Assembly (NCBI GenBank): GCA_964276515.1
Contig: OZ193909.1
Span: 1,240,001-1,304,000 of the forward strand
Direction of reading: 5' to 3'
Length of the DNA stretch: 64,000 nucleotides
Origin: Gordius albopunctatus
Lineage: Eukaryota
Under the pieces are notes generated by a model. That model did not search any database and was not told the origin of the DNA. It saw only the letters and a list, made by a program, of their open reading frames with translations. Position numbers and translations under genes: made by a program. Positions 41,401-53,200 of the stretch are shown in pieces. Each line of letters starts with the position of its first letter. The first letter of the stretch is position 1.

Positions 41401-42874
41401 TTGGACTAATTTTATGTCACCATGAATTGTATTGAAAGATCTAGTATCCATTCCACAAAAATAGGCTACAAACAAAATTTATTAATTGCTTTGCCATACA
41501 GATATATAAATCTTTTCCATATTTCACCTTTTCCTCTAAGATTTTCTTTTACTTCATATCTGATATTTTTCAGCTATTAGCAGTAGATTTTTTTGCGTTC
41601 CATACTCAATTGTTTGTTTTTTAGAAAAAGCGCGAATTAACAGATTCAATAACTAGTAATTAATTAATTTTTAAAATCTTAGAAATTATTTTAATCAGAA
41701 TAAAATACTAAGTAGGCTACTATTTCTAAATTATTCTGGGACAGGCCTATAAGTTATGAATTAGGTCCGGCCCGGCGCGGAATTTAAAAGCCTCAAAATT
41801 AAGCGCCCGAGTTCGCCGGGCTTTTCCGGGCCTCGACCCGTGCAGGTCTCTAATTGAATTTGTGATAAAAACAAATTGTAAAAAATTGTTATTGTTATGC
41901 TTCTTAATATATCATGAATATTCCCAAGGGTAAAAAAAATTCGATTTTAGGAAATTCAATGATCATTTTAAGTTATATTTTATAGCCTAAACATAATTCA
42001 TTAAAACTCTATACTTTTGTATTTCAAACTTTGGGTTTAAATTTTGGTGACCCCATATGATTTAATTTAAAATCTCTTTAGGTGTGTATTTAATAAATCT
42101 ATTTCTAATTATGTTTGTTAAACTTAGCCTAAATAAACTAGGATTATCACAAGGTTTTTCCTTTTAAAAAATAAATGTAACTTTTACTTACAATGATAAA
42201 ACTCGGTCCTTGAAAACACACCAGAAGCTCCGCCTTGAAGCCTGACCCTTATTTTCTATAATAGTTACATTTGCTGTGCAATTTTTGGATAGGGACAGTG
42301 CTCGATTCGACATTTATTAAGATGCAAATATTTTTTATACGGGGAAAAAATAACCACATCTCTTTAATTTGTGTCATAAATAACTAAAAAATTCAATTTT
42401 CTTTTTGGGAAATCCATGGTTGTAACCGCCGGGAGGCAAAAAGCGGCAGCTCCCCCCCTCTAATTCCAATTCTACGCCAATAGAATAAAACACTTAATAA
42501 CATCAATATTGGTATATCAGAAACTTTGGCAGAAGTTTGAATAACGTCTGGCAAGCAAGACCACAAATGGATTACTGTTACAGAATTTAGAATAAAATCA
42601 TTCTGAAACAGTTCAATCGTTTTTATTTAGTTTTTTTTTGTAATTATATACTGTATTTAATAACAAAAATTTTGTGATAGGTTAAAATATCATATATTTA
42701 CTATAAATTTTAAGGACCCTCCCTTTGGGATTTACGGAGTAGGCTTGTGCCATATTGAAAATTATACTAAAATTTTAAAGAGTAATTTTGCGAATAAATC
42801 TTATCATAGTTTTACTCAATTATGCGAATAATAAGGATTAATCTCAAAACCTGTAAGGCAAGTGAATTTTTAAT
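38409..42874 (-). CDS. IGFBP-N-domain protein with extra half-domain (locus 5); Cys framework intact but start codon reads ATT
   Basis: Exons ~42874-42816, 38971-38851, 38736-38617, 38543-38409. Protein: (I)KNSLALQVLRLILIIRIIE-VSALSCPCVGYKVKCTTTPPTDCQGGLVLDGCGCCEVCGR-VFGEDCEGPAFMKCDKGLLCNMVKKPIYTGDGICIANRLK-NDGENCGVTSGTCQSGLHCRMEFCENPKSAIMRNKKQSRLNYSQ*. May be a young pseudogene. Confidence 0.75.
39130..39332 (-). mobile_element. tRNA-derived SINE-like element
   Basis: Minus strand begins cgcggcgtagtggatagag...gcaggttcaatcccgcc (A-box and B-box like), followed by a non-tRNA body and a T-rich end. Confidence 0.6.
39581..40878. mobile_element. Non-autonomous DNA element (TIR CAGAGTTGT..) with subterminal gtgcgcgcac motifs
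   Basis: cagagttgttcgagtgcgcgcac ... gtgcgtttgacaactct; hosts the nested MITE at 40419. Confidence 0.6.
40419..40771. mobile_element. hAT-type MITE with 8-bp TSD
   Basis: TIR tagtgatgggaaa / tttccccatcacta; direct repeat tttgttat at 40411-40418 and 40772-40779. Confidence 0.85.
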
Positions 42875-43193
42875 TTTTATAATTTTTTAATTTTAATAAA
42901 TTATTATCAGTAAAATAAACTTTAGGAAATGTATATTATGTGACATCATGAAACCGTTTGTTGCTTACTCAATTATCTTGTTTGTTTATTCACGGAATTT
43001 ATTTGCAATTTGCAGCCCGTTCTTAAATTAAAATTTATATAAAATTAAGTTTTTATTAAATAGCAATCTGATCGTATCTTTGAAGTGGAGTAAAATGGTG
43101 ATTACATAAGATATTTGTGTGTAAATATTCCTAATTTATTGAACATAGTAAAAATATTCTATATAAAAATATATAAATTTAAAATCCAGGACT

Positions 43194-46100
43194 TTATGAT
43201 TTCTTCACTTTACAAACACCTACATTGCCAGTGCTCAATTGATCACAATAAAGACCGGTCTCGCAAGTGCCTTGCTGCCTAGGACCACAAGCCTCACCCC
43301 TTCTCTAAAATTTTATAAATTAATTAAAACTTTTACTATTATTTATTTTATAGAATAAAATAATATATATTTTAAATCTTGATAGCAAACCTTAGGTCTT
43401 CCGGCTACACAAATTCCTTCTCGTTGCGTTAATTCAGCATCAGGTCGTTGTTTACAAAGCAATCCTTCATCACAAAATTGAAAAGCGAGACCACCGCATA
43501 CTTCACCAATAACCTATCGCGATAGCATTTAAAATTGATGAGTCTACTACCGTTTTTCCCCCATTTTAAATAGTGCGCGAATACGGGAAAGACAGTAATT
43601 TTGATTGATTAAAGTGTTTTTAAAAGGTATAATAAAAAAAATTGAACTATTATTAAAACAACATTTTAAAATATATATCATTTAGATAATGTATAAAAAT
43701 AAAATACTGTGGTGAGGATGTGATGTTAAAGCAATTCCTTTTTAATTAATGGTTTAACTAGGGGTACACTGCAGAAAGACATGGGAGATAGTTAACTCAA
43801 AATGGTGGATTGAATGGTACACATTTTACCATACGAAACATATGAACTGAGCAGTCTATTTAGTTTATAAAAGGATATTTTATTCTTAATAAAAAGTTAC
43901 ATAAGTGTAGAAACGTAATTTACAAAAATCTAATTTTATTTTTATCAATTTGATTCGCTAGTTAAAATGAAAAGAGCTTGAAAACAATGCATTTTTATTG
44001 AAACGAATGTTAAATAGGTTCTTCTGTGTGTTAACTTTTGAATAGTTTCGCAAAAGCAGCTGGGTTTAGTTCCGTCGACTATGAACTTGTCTATCGCTCA
44101 AAAGAACTACAACCAATCAAAATGTAGTTCAAATTTGCAAAGCATGCTTATAACCAATTAATTATATATTTATTCATGTTATAAACGCTTTATTAGATTG
44201 CAAAAACTTTTATTAAGCATATAATATATTAAGATTAACCTTTGTATTGCTGCATATATTATTTCTTTCATATTAAGCCTAAATTTTATGAAGATCCAAT
44301 TTTTGATTAATGCCTTTATATTTTCTTTCATAGTTTAGATTAAATGCTTTATAATAAGTTAAAATGCATTTGCAATATTTAATATTTCTATTTATAATAG
44401 ACTAGATGAACCCGGCAAACGTTGTTTTGCCATTTACCCGGGTGTATTAAATTATGTTGAAATTTTAGGGCATATATGATGATAAAGCGATTATTGAAGG
44501 AAAAATATAATTATTTGTTTTTGAATAAAACTTTTAATTCTGAACTTAATAATGTCCGAAGAACTGAAATATATCAACATTTATTGGCACTTTGTTAAAA
44601 GTATTTTCATTTTTCTCCTTATTGAACGCGCAAAAAATGACAAAATGAGATTTTTTATTTTATTTAGCCACGCAGGAGGAGACACGACCGTCCTATAATA
44701 ATAATAATTGACGTGAAAAATAAGCAAAAAAAATGACTTTGATTCATGGGCGTACCCATCCACCCCCCCCCCCCCTAATTTAAAAAAAAAAGAATTTTTC
44801 AATACAAAAATCCTTACAAAATATGTTTTGCCCGCCCCCCTAATTAGTCAGGGGAGAGCAGGGAGGGCTGCGGGTCTCAGGAAAAATTTAGGAATTTAGT
44901 AGTGGAAGACCTTTTTTTTGCTCTCAGGAAATATTTAAGTTTCCATTTTCTGCAGCACATGCCTACATTTATCACACTACCTACTCGCATGCACACACAT
45001 AGTTTCATTTAGATACGCAGTACGTCATGAGGTTGCGTTTGATTGACGTTTCAATAAACGGCAAAACATATAAAACGAACTAACTCAAAAACTACTGGAC
45101 CGATTTGGCTCGAACATATCTTAAAACATGCTCAGGAGTGTGGGGAATAAACTAGGTCTGGTAGTTCTCCAAAATTTGTGGCAGCATACATACATACACA
45201 CATACATAGTTTCATTTTTATATATAAGATATTAATTTATATGCAATTTATGGGCTCACTTTCCATTTTCCGATGTCACGCCGAACGTGACACGCACAGT
45301 CATGTCCGCCCGAACGCGTCCGTATACACACACGCTTATCGGCCTCTCGAGGCTGTGGGTTCGAATCCCGGAGCGGCCAAAATTTTTTATATTTTTTAAA
45401 TTAAATTAATATATTTTTCTTGTTACTCTCATTGATAATATGACTTTTTGGCCGTCCGCTGGCTGCTGACCAATGAAATAAAATGACCATTGGCCAAAGT
45501 GTTAATCGAAATTTTTTTTTCGTTTTTTTTTGACTAACATTGATAATTACCCTATGCCCTCCCCTACAAGGGCCTATGCCTCTACTGATATGGGTCCCTG
45601 TGCCCCTTTCCCCTACAAAGGCCTATGCCTCTACTGATATGGGGTTCAAATCACGGAGAGGTCAAAAATTTTTTATTTTTTTTTGATTTAAATAATATAT
45701 TGTTCTTGTTCGTACCATTGATAATATGGCTTTTTAGCCGTCCGCTGGCTGCTGACCAATGAAAAAAATGACCATTGGCCAAAGTGTGAATAAAAATTTT
45801 TTTTTCGTTTTTTTGGCTAAATTTGATAATTACCCTGTGTCCCCCCCCCCCCTTTGGCCGTCCGCTGGCTGCTGACCAATGCGGAAAAAATGACCATTGG
45901 TCAAAGTGTGAATCGAAATCTTTTTTTCATTTTTTTGGCTAACATTGATTTATAGACCATCTGATGGTACTGACCAATGGAAAAAATGGCCTATGCCTCT
46001 CCAGATCTGGGGTTCAAATCCCGGAGGTACCAAAAATTTTTTTAAATTTTTATATGTATATTTTTTTAAATTAATATATAGTTATTGTTCGTACCATTGA

Positions 46101-47489
46101 TAATATGACTTTTTGGCCGTTCGCTGGCTGCTGACCAATGGGAAAAAATGACGATTGGCCAAAGTGTGAAGCGAAATTTTTTTTCCGTTTTTTTGGTTAA
46201 CATTGATTTATAGACCATCTGTTGGTACTGACTAATATGAAAAAATGACCATTGGCCAAAGTGTACATCTCAATTTTTTTCCACGTTTTTTTTGACTCTT
46301 ATGATTGTTCCTGTTAATACCATTGATAATATGGCTTAATGGCCGTCCGCTGGCTGCTGACCAATGGAAAAAAATGACCATTGGCCAAAGTGTACATCTC
46401 AATTTTTTTCGTTTTTTTGGCTCACATTGATTTATAGACCATCTGTTGGTACTGACTAATGGAAAAAATGACCATTGGCCAAAATGTCAAGTAAAATTTT
46501 TTATTCGTTTTTTTTGACTCGTATGTATTAATAGACCGTCTCTTGGTACTGACCAATGGAACAATTCAGCACATGTAAATTTTTTGAGATATCCTTATGA
46601 TACCTGTGACATTTTTAGATGCGCGGTCGTAACAGGCAATAGCGGAGCTATTGCATGTCGCTGCTTGTTTCGTCGCAATCCCTAAATTTTTGTTATTATT
46701 AATTACTATGCAATTTATTAAGTTATATTATTATTAATTCTGCCATGAATTTTTGCTTTTGTTAGTCATATTATTTGCTATGCAATTTCCATTATCCGAA
46801 GTATTTTATTTTTTTTATTATTAATTAGGGTTTTAAGTTATACAATCCATCTATATTTTAATAATTTTATTTGTTATGCAATCATGACGATTCCTACATA
46901 AATTCCATAGCAAATAAGCTTTGTTTATACGAAATATAAAAGAGTAATAGATGTGTATGAGAAAAGTGAAACGGGGCATGGGGGCGGCAGATTTACATAT
47001 AATAATGTTTAAATTATAATTTTTGTGCAGTAGACGAGTTGAGTATAAATCTTTTAGTCGATTAAACATCAACAGGCAATTTTTGGGTCTAGATTTTTAA
47101 TTCGAGCTCTAGGCTTAGTCAAATTTGAAAAACGGACTAGAGTCGATGATTATTCTAGGTTAAACCAAAGGTGGGCCAAATAAAAGACAGTCGTTTTTTT
47201 TACCAACACTACCTTTGCACAGACTTGACAGCATCCGCAAGGATCAGAAACCAGGCCACCTTTGCAGTTGGTAGGGGGCTCAGTGCTACATTGTGGAACT
47301 TGGAATTGGCAAGGGCAAGAAAATGCAGAATTTCTGATTAAATTATTTTGTTAAAAATTTAAACATATACTTAAATTTTTTACAAAACATTTAGTTACGC
47401 CTTCTCCTTAATAATCTAAATACTTTAAGAGTATTAATAAGAGCCACAAAGTTATTATAAAATATATCAGCTGATGATGGAATCTTTAT
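43194..47489 (-). CDS. IGFBP-N-domain protein with extra half-domain (locus 6); 5' end unresolved
   Basis: Exons 47333-47213, 43513-43391, 43304-43194. Protein: NSAFSCPCQFQVPQCSTEPPTNCKGGLVSDPCGCCQVCAK-VIGEVCGGLAFQFCDEGLLCKQRPDAELTQREGICVAGRPK-RRGEACGPRQQGTCETGLYCDQLSTGNVGVCKVKKS*. A signal-like exon RFHHQLIYFIITLWLLLILL (~47485-47424) has a correct phase-2 donor but no in-frame ATG. Confidence 0.78.
44402..45229 (-). mobile_element. Non-autonomous Helitron (complete ends)
   Basis: Minus strand 5' TCTTATATATAAAAATG; 3' hairpin ggcaaaacaacgtttgcc followed by gggttcatCTAG. Flanked by A and T, no TSD. Confidence 0.82.
45430..46560. repeat. Satellite-like array of modular ~100-200 bp units
   Basis: Recurrent modules ggccgtccgctggctgctgaccaatg, aaaaatgaccattggccaaagtgt and attgatttatagaccatctgttggtactgac. 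Inverted copy at ~50285-51260. Confidence 0.9.
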
Positions 47490-48090
47490 TGTGTGATATT
47501 AAAATAATTTTATAACTAAAAAATTATATATTTATATTATATATAAGAAATTATTTTGATAAAGCACAAATGAATTGTAAAAGAAAGGTATTTAAAAAAT
47601 AATCTATTAGTAAAAATAGTTTCTTTATTCAAAAATGTATAAATATGATAAATATCCTACTTAGATACATAAATTGTTACGAATGTTCCCCAAACAATGA
47701 GAATAGCAAAAGGCTTCATAGATTTAAGTTATATTTTTATAACAAGTAATTACAAGGCTCTCTGTTTTAGCCAACTCACGTATCTTTGCTCATTTAATAT
47801 TTGTTTACACAAAATTTATAACCCCTGAGGCATCTTGCCATATTAATTAATTTTTTCAACGCGTACCATCATGGGCGTACCAGGTTTAAATTAGAAGGGG
47901 GGTCAATAATGATTTAGGGAGGGCCAAATAATCATTTTCTCAAATTTTGGCCATAATTTTAATAAATTTACACGGAATTTTGGATTTAGAGGGGGCAGCG
48001 ATCCCTGCCTGCCCCCCTCCTAGCTAGGCTTATGCGCACCGTACTTATTAATAAATTTTTATTATTTATTTTTTCATGAGCGTAACCAAA

Positions 48091-49322
48091 CAGGCGTGTA
48101 GCCAGGGTTTTCTCAAGGGGGGGGGATTTCAAAAAAAAATTTATAGCATTTTTATTTCAACAACAAAAATATAAATTCAAAACATATAAAATTTGCATAT
48201 ATAATAAAAAGAAAGTTATTATAAAGTAATTTTATATTTTCTTTTCCCCATTGATAAAATATTAAGAACTTCATCGGGAGTAGGAGCTAATAGGTTTAGA
48301 TGTAGAAGGATCGGATAATTTCATAGGGAAATAATGCTCCAAATTCCTTTTTTTAATTGTAATGCAAGTGAATAAACGATATCGGAAAAAGAGAATAATG
48401 GTTAATTGGCTTTTTGTCGAAATTCAATTCAAAAATAAAAAGTATATATCGGTATTTATTTATAAATGTCATTTTGAGTCAGTTACGCAGCTATAGAATA
48501 AAAACTTTCAATCTAAAAATATGTTATTTTTTAATAAAAAAAATTATTAATTTTTGCCAAGGGGGTAAACTTTTCCTTTTTCTACCCCCTTCTGTACGCC
48601 TATGCTTCCACAAGTTTGTTTTTTTGCAAACCGACGATAGAACTTGGCCTTGTCTTCAGCGACTAAAAAAACTTGTTTAAACTCTTCATCAACATTGTTT
48701 CTGATTAATTTCATTTGATCCACTAAAGTATCCGCCAACCGTGTAACTTGTTGAAGATCCAAGTCATTTTTTTGCAATTGCTCGCATAAAATAGATGTGT
48801 AGCCAAATAGTTTATTCATGCATAAAAGGGAAATTAAATACTCTGACTGCCGTAGAGAAGTGAGAACCGTCGTAGCTTCTGTTGCAACATCGTGGTCATA
48901 CGGTTGAAATGAAATCTTTTCCAATGCTGGATATATGGCATCTTGAAGTAAATTATGGGTGAAAACGGCATCGTGCCGTGATGCCCAGCGGGTCACGCAC
49001 ACTTGCTTTAATTTTTCTATAGGAGGTTTGTCTTCCAATTTTGACAACATTTCAATAAGAACCGGACGACGTTTCGGATATTTAAAAACATCGTAAACTT
49101 TCTAAACAATCCCTATTAAAAAATTATATTAATTGCTATTTTAAATATAATCTATATTTATTATCCATGCAATTCCGTATAGTGGGAATGGTGCAGGCAT
49201 CTGATAGAGCTAAATTTAACGAATGGGATGCACAATAAGCATACAGTGCCGTTGGGTATGTTTTCATTATGCATGTCTGAACACCGTTGAACTTCCCGCT
49301 CATATTCCGGGCCGCATCATAA
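48091..49322 (-). mobile_element. hAT (ZMYM1/P52rIPK-like) transposon fragment
   Basis: YDAARNMSGKFNGVQ..YAYCASHSLNLAL and KQVCVTRWASRHDAV on the minus strand. Terminus caggcgtgtagccaggg at 48091; truncated next to a Helitron end at 49341. Confidence 0.82.
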
Positions 49323-49340
49323 CAAATTTATACAAAACTA

Positions 49341-50240
49341 CTAGATGAACCCCCGGCAAACGTTGTTTTGCCATTTACCCAGGGGGTGTATTAAATTATG
49401 TTGGAATTTTAGGGCATATATGATGATAAAGCGGTTATTGAAGGGAAAATATAATTATAATTATTTGTTTCTGGATAAAACTTTTAATTCTGAACTTAAT
49501 AATGTCCGAAGAACTGAGATATATCAACATTTATTGGCACTTTGTTAATTGTATTTTCATTTTTCTCCTTATTTAACGCGCAAAAAATGATAAAATGAGA
49601 TTTTTAAATTTATTTAGTCACGCATGGAATTTTAGGGCATTATTGAAGGAAAAATAAAGTTTGATAATTTTTAAACAAATTGTTAAAGAGGGTCCCAGGC
49701 CGACCCAAGAGAGAAAACCAGGCCCCATGCTCCCCCCCCCCCCCAGGGAAAAATCTATGGCCCCCTGGCCCTTCAAGCAATTTTTTTTATTTTTTCGTAA
49801 TTAAGAAACAATATCATAATTATTTGTTTCTGAATAAAACTTTTAATTCTGAACTTAATAATGTCCGAAGAACTGAGATATATCAACATTCATTGGCACT
49901 TTGTTAAAATTATGTTCATTTTTCTCCTTATTTAACGCGCAAAAAATGACAAAATTAGATTTTTTAATTTATTTAGCCACGCAGGAGGAGATACGACCGT
50001 CCTATAATAATAATAATTGACGTGAAAAATAAGCAAAAAAATGACTTTGATTCATGGGCGTACCCATCCACCCCCCCCCCTAATTAGTCAGGGGAGAGCA
50101 GGCAGGGCGGCCACCCGCTGCGGGTCTCAGGAAAAATTTAGGAATTTAGTAGTCGAGGACCTTTTTTTTCTCTCAGGAAAATATTTGGATAGTCGAGAAA
50201 TTTTTTTAAAAATCTGCCCCCCCCTAATTCAATGGCCGTG
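49341..50240 (-). mobile_element. 5'-truncated copy of the non-autonomous Helitron, with internal duplication
   Basis: Same hairpin + CTAG end as 44402; segment ~49450-49625 is repeated at ~49815-49985. Confidence 0.75.
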
Positions 50241-50284
50241 CTTATGCCTCTCCAGATGTGGGGTTCAAATCACGGAGAGGCCAA

Positions 50285-53200
50285 AATTAGCCATATTATC
50301 AATGGTATTAACAGGAAAAATCATAAAAGTCAAAAAAATGGGAAGAAAAAATAGGATGTACACTTTGGTCAATGGTCATTTTTTCCATTAGTCAGTACCA
50401 ACAGATGGTCTATAAATCAATGTGAGCCAAAAAAATGAAAAAAAGATTTCGATTCACACTTTGGCCAATGTTCATTTTTCTTCATTGGTCAGCAGCCAGC
50501 GGACGGCCAAAAAGGGGGGGAACACATGGTAATTATCAAAGTTAGCCAAAAAAAACGAAATTTTTTTTTATTCACATTTTGGCCAATGGTCATTTTTTTC
50601 ATTGGTCAGCAGCCAGCGGACGGCCAAAAAGCCATATTATCAATGGTACGAACAAGAACAATATATTAATTTAAAAAAAAAATATATATAAAAATTTAAA
50701 ACTTTTTTCGCCTCTCCGGGATTCGAACCCCAGATCTGGAGAGGTATAGGTAATTTTTTCCACTGGTCAGTACCAACAAATGGTCTATAAATCAATGTTA
50801 GCCAAAAAAATGAAAAAAAAGATTTCGATTCACACTTTGGCCAATGTTCATTTTTCCCCATTGGTCAGCAGCCAGCGGATGGCCAAAAAGGGGGGGGGAC
50901 ACATGGTAATTATCAAAGTTAGCCAAAAAAAACGAAAAAAATTTTTTATTCACACTTTGACTAATGGTCATTTTTTTCATTGGTCAGCAGCCAGCGGACG
51001 GCCAAATAGCCATATTATCAATGGTACGAACAAGAACAATATATTATTTAAATTAAAAAAAATAAAAAATTTTTTTGGCCTCTCCGTGATTTGAACCCCA
51101 TATCAGTAGAGGCATAGGCCCTTGTAGGGGAAGACATAGGGTAATTATCAATGTTAGTCAAAAAAAAACGAAAAAAAAATTCGATTAACACTTTGGCCAA
51201 TGGTCATTTTATTTCATTGGTCAGCAGCCAGCGGACGGCCAAAAAGTCATATTATCAATGAGAGTAACAAGAAAAATATATTAATTTAATTTAAAAAATA
51301 TAAAAAAATTTGGCCGCTCCGGGATTCGAACCCACAGCCTCGAGAGGCCGATAAGCGTGTGTGTATACGGACGCGTTCGGGCGGACATGACTGTGCGTGT
51401 CACGTTCGGCGTGACATCGGAAAATGGAAAGTGAGCCCATAAAGTGCATATAAATTAATATCTTATATATAAAAATGAATCTATGTATGTGTGTATGTAT
51501 GCTGCCACAAATTTTGGAGAACTACCAGACCTAGTTTATTCCCCACACTCCTGAGCATGTTTTAAGATATGTTCGAGCCAAATCAGTCCAGTAGTTTTTG
51601 AGTTAGTTCGTTTTATATGTTTTGCCGTTTAATGAAACGTCAATCAAACGCAACCTCATGACGTACTAGAGGTCTGCATGGGCCAAAATTTTAGGTTCAG
51701 GCCCGGCCCGTACCCGCACAAATATAAATTTTTTGGGCCGCACCCGGCCCGCAATAAAATCCCAAAAATTGCGCCGCATCAGGCCCGCACGAGTAAAAAC
51801 AAGTCTACGCTGTTTCAAAATTATTTATTTGTATAAAATTTTTTTGTATTGTTCGTGAAATAATTTAAATATAGCATATAAAATCGGTTCTAATTAAAAA
51901 TTACAATTTAATATTGTCATTTAAAACTAAAAGAGTATATATTCTATCAGGCAATAATTTCGTTCTTCTCTGTTATATAAGACGACTTGCCTTACTGAAT
52001 GTGAGTTCACTCGTAGCCGTAGCCATTGGTTTTGACAAAAATTGACTAGCTAATTTTGGTAAGTTTGGTAACTAACATAAGTTGGTGTTTCGACCATAAA
52101 AATACATCTAGCTGAGCATCCTCAGGTTTAGATTTGATTTAAGATGTATCAACTTCGTGGAAATCTTCACTTTTTCCGTTTCATCATCGTCCCAAATAAA
52201 AAAAATAGATAATTGCTTCGTGTTGCACACCTGAGCTAGATTAATCATAGTTGGACCACTTATGCAAGAAGATCTATGTCGGAAGAGCCAGGATTTTCTT
52301 ACATGGATTTCTTTAAAACATTTTTAGCGTAGTTTTTAAGAAGTTTCTTTCAAACTTGGGTAGAATTTTCATCGTGCGAAACTAAGAAACGAGAAAGATT
52401 GATATTTTATGATAACTATCGATATTAAACTTTGAAATTAGCATATTTTGGGCTCTTGACTTAAATTTGTAGATAAATCTTTAAGTCAATAGGATCATCA
52501 TTACACCTAGTTGAAGGAAACAAAATTGGGATGCTTTTTAATGATGTATAAAAGGGTAATATTTTATAGAGTGTTCGTGTCTTATCCGCTTCTAACTTGA
52601 TGCTTGCCTTTTCAAAAGGTAATATACCTTCAAATTTTTCCATTAAATCTTTTCCAGATTATAAATGACTAGTTTATCATACATCTCATTCAAACTTATT
52701 CACATTATGATTTTTGAGTTCCACCAGATTTGTTTGGAAAAATTAATTTTTTAATCATTAAGCTAATAAGTGCATTTTTTTGTTTCTGTATTAAAATTAG
52801 AGTATGAAAATAAATAATTTCAAAATTTTCACTTTTCAAAGCCCAAGCCCGCCCCGCACTTTTTTTATTGCTCAATTTTAGGTCAGGCCCGGCCCGCGGG
52901 CCGGGCTTGGGCCTGCGGGCCGCGGGCTTGCCCGGCCCATGCAGACCTCTATGACGTACTGCGTATCTAAATGAAACTATGTGTGTGCATGCGAGTAGGT
53001 AGTGTGATAAATGTAGGCATGTGCTGCAGAAAATGGAAACTTAAATATTTCCTGAGAGCAAAAAAAAGGTCCTCGACTACTAAATTCCTAAATTTTTCCT
53101 GAGACCCGCAGCCCTCCCTGCTCTCCCCTGACTAATTAGGGGGGCGGGCAAAACATATTTTGTAAGGATTTTTGTATTGAAAAATTCATTTTTTTTAAAT

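Noticed and set aside
41000..41560. Possible piggyBac-like transposase remnant on the minus strand
   Set aside because: Too degraded to read convincing motifs by eye.
45340..45380. GGTTCGAATCC as a tRNA gene
   Set aside because: Only a T-arm-like motif is present; no cloverleaf.
45430..46560. CRISPR-like appearance of the repeat array
   Set aside because: Eukaryotic context, 'spacers' are themselves repeated, and no cas genes; it is a satellite-like repeat.
50041..51094. ORFs of 60-116 aa in the satellite region
   Set aside because: Chance open frames in low-complexity repeats.
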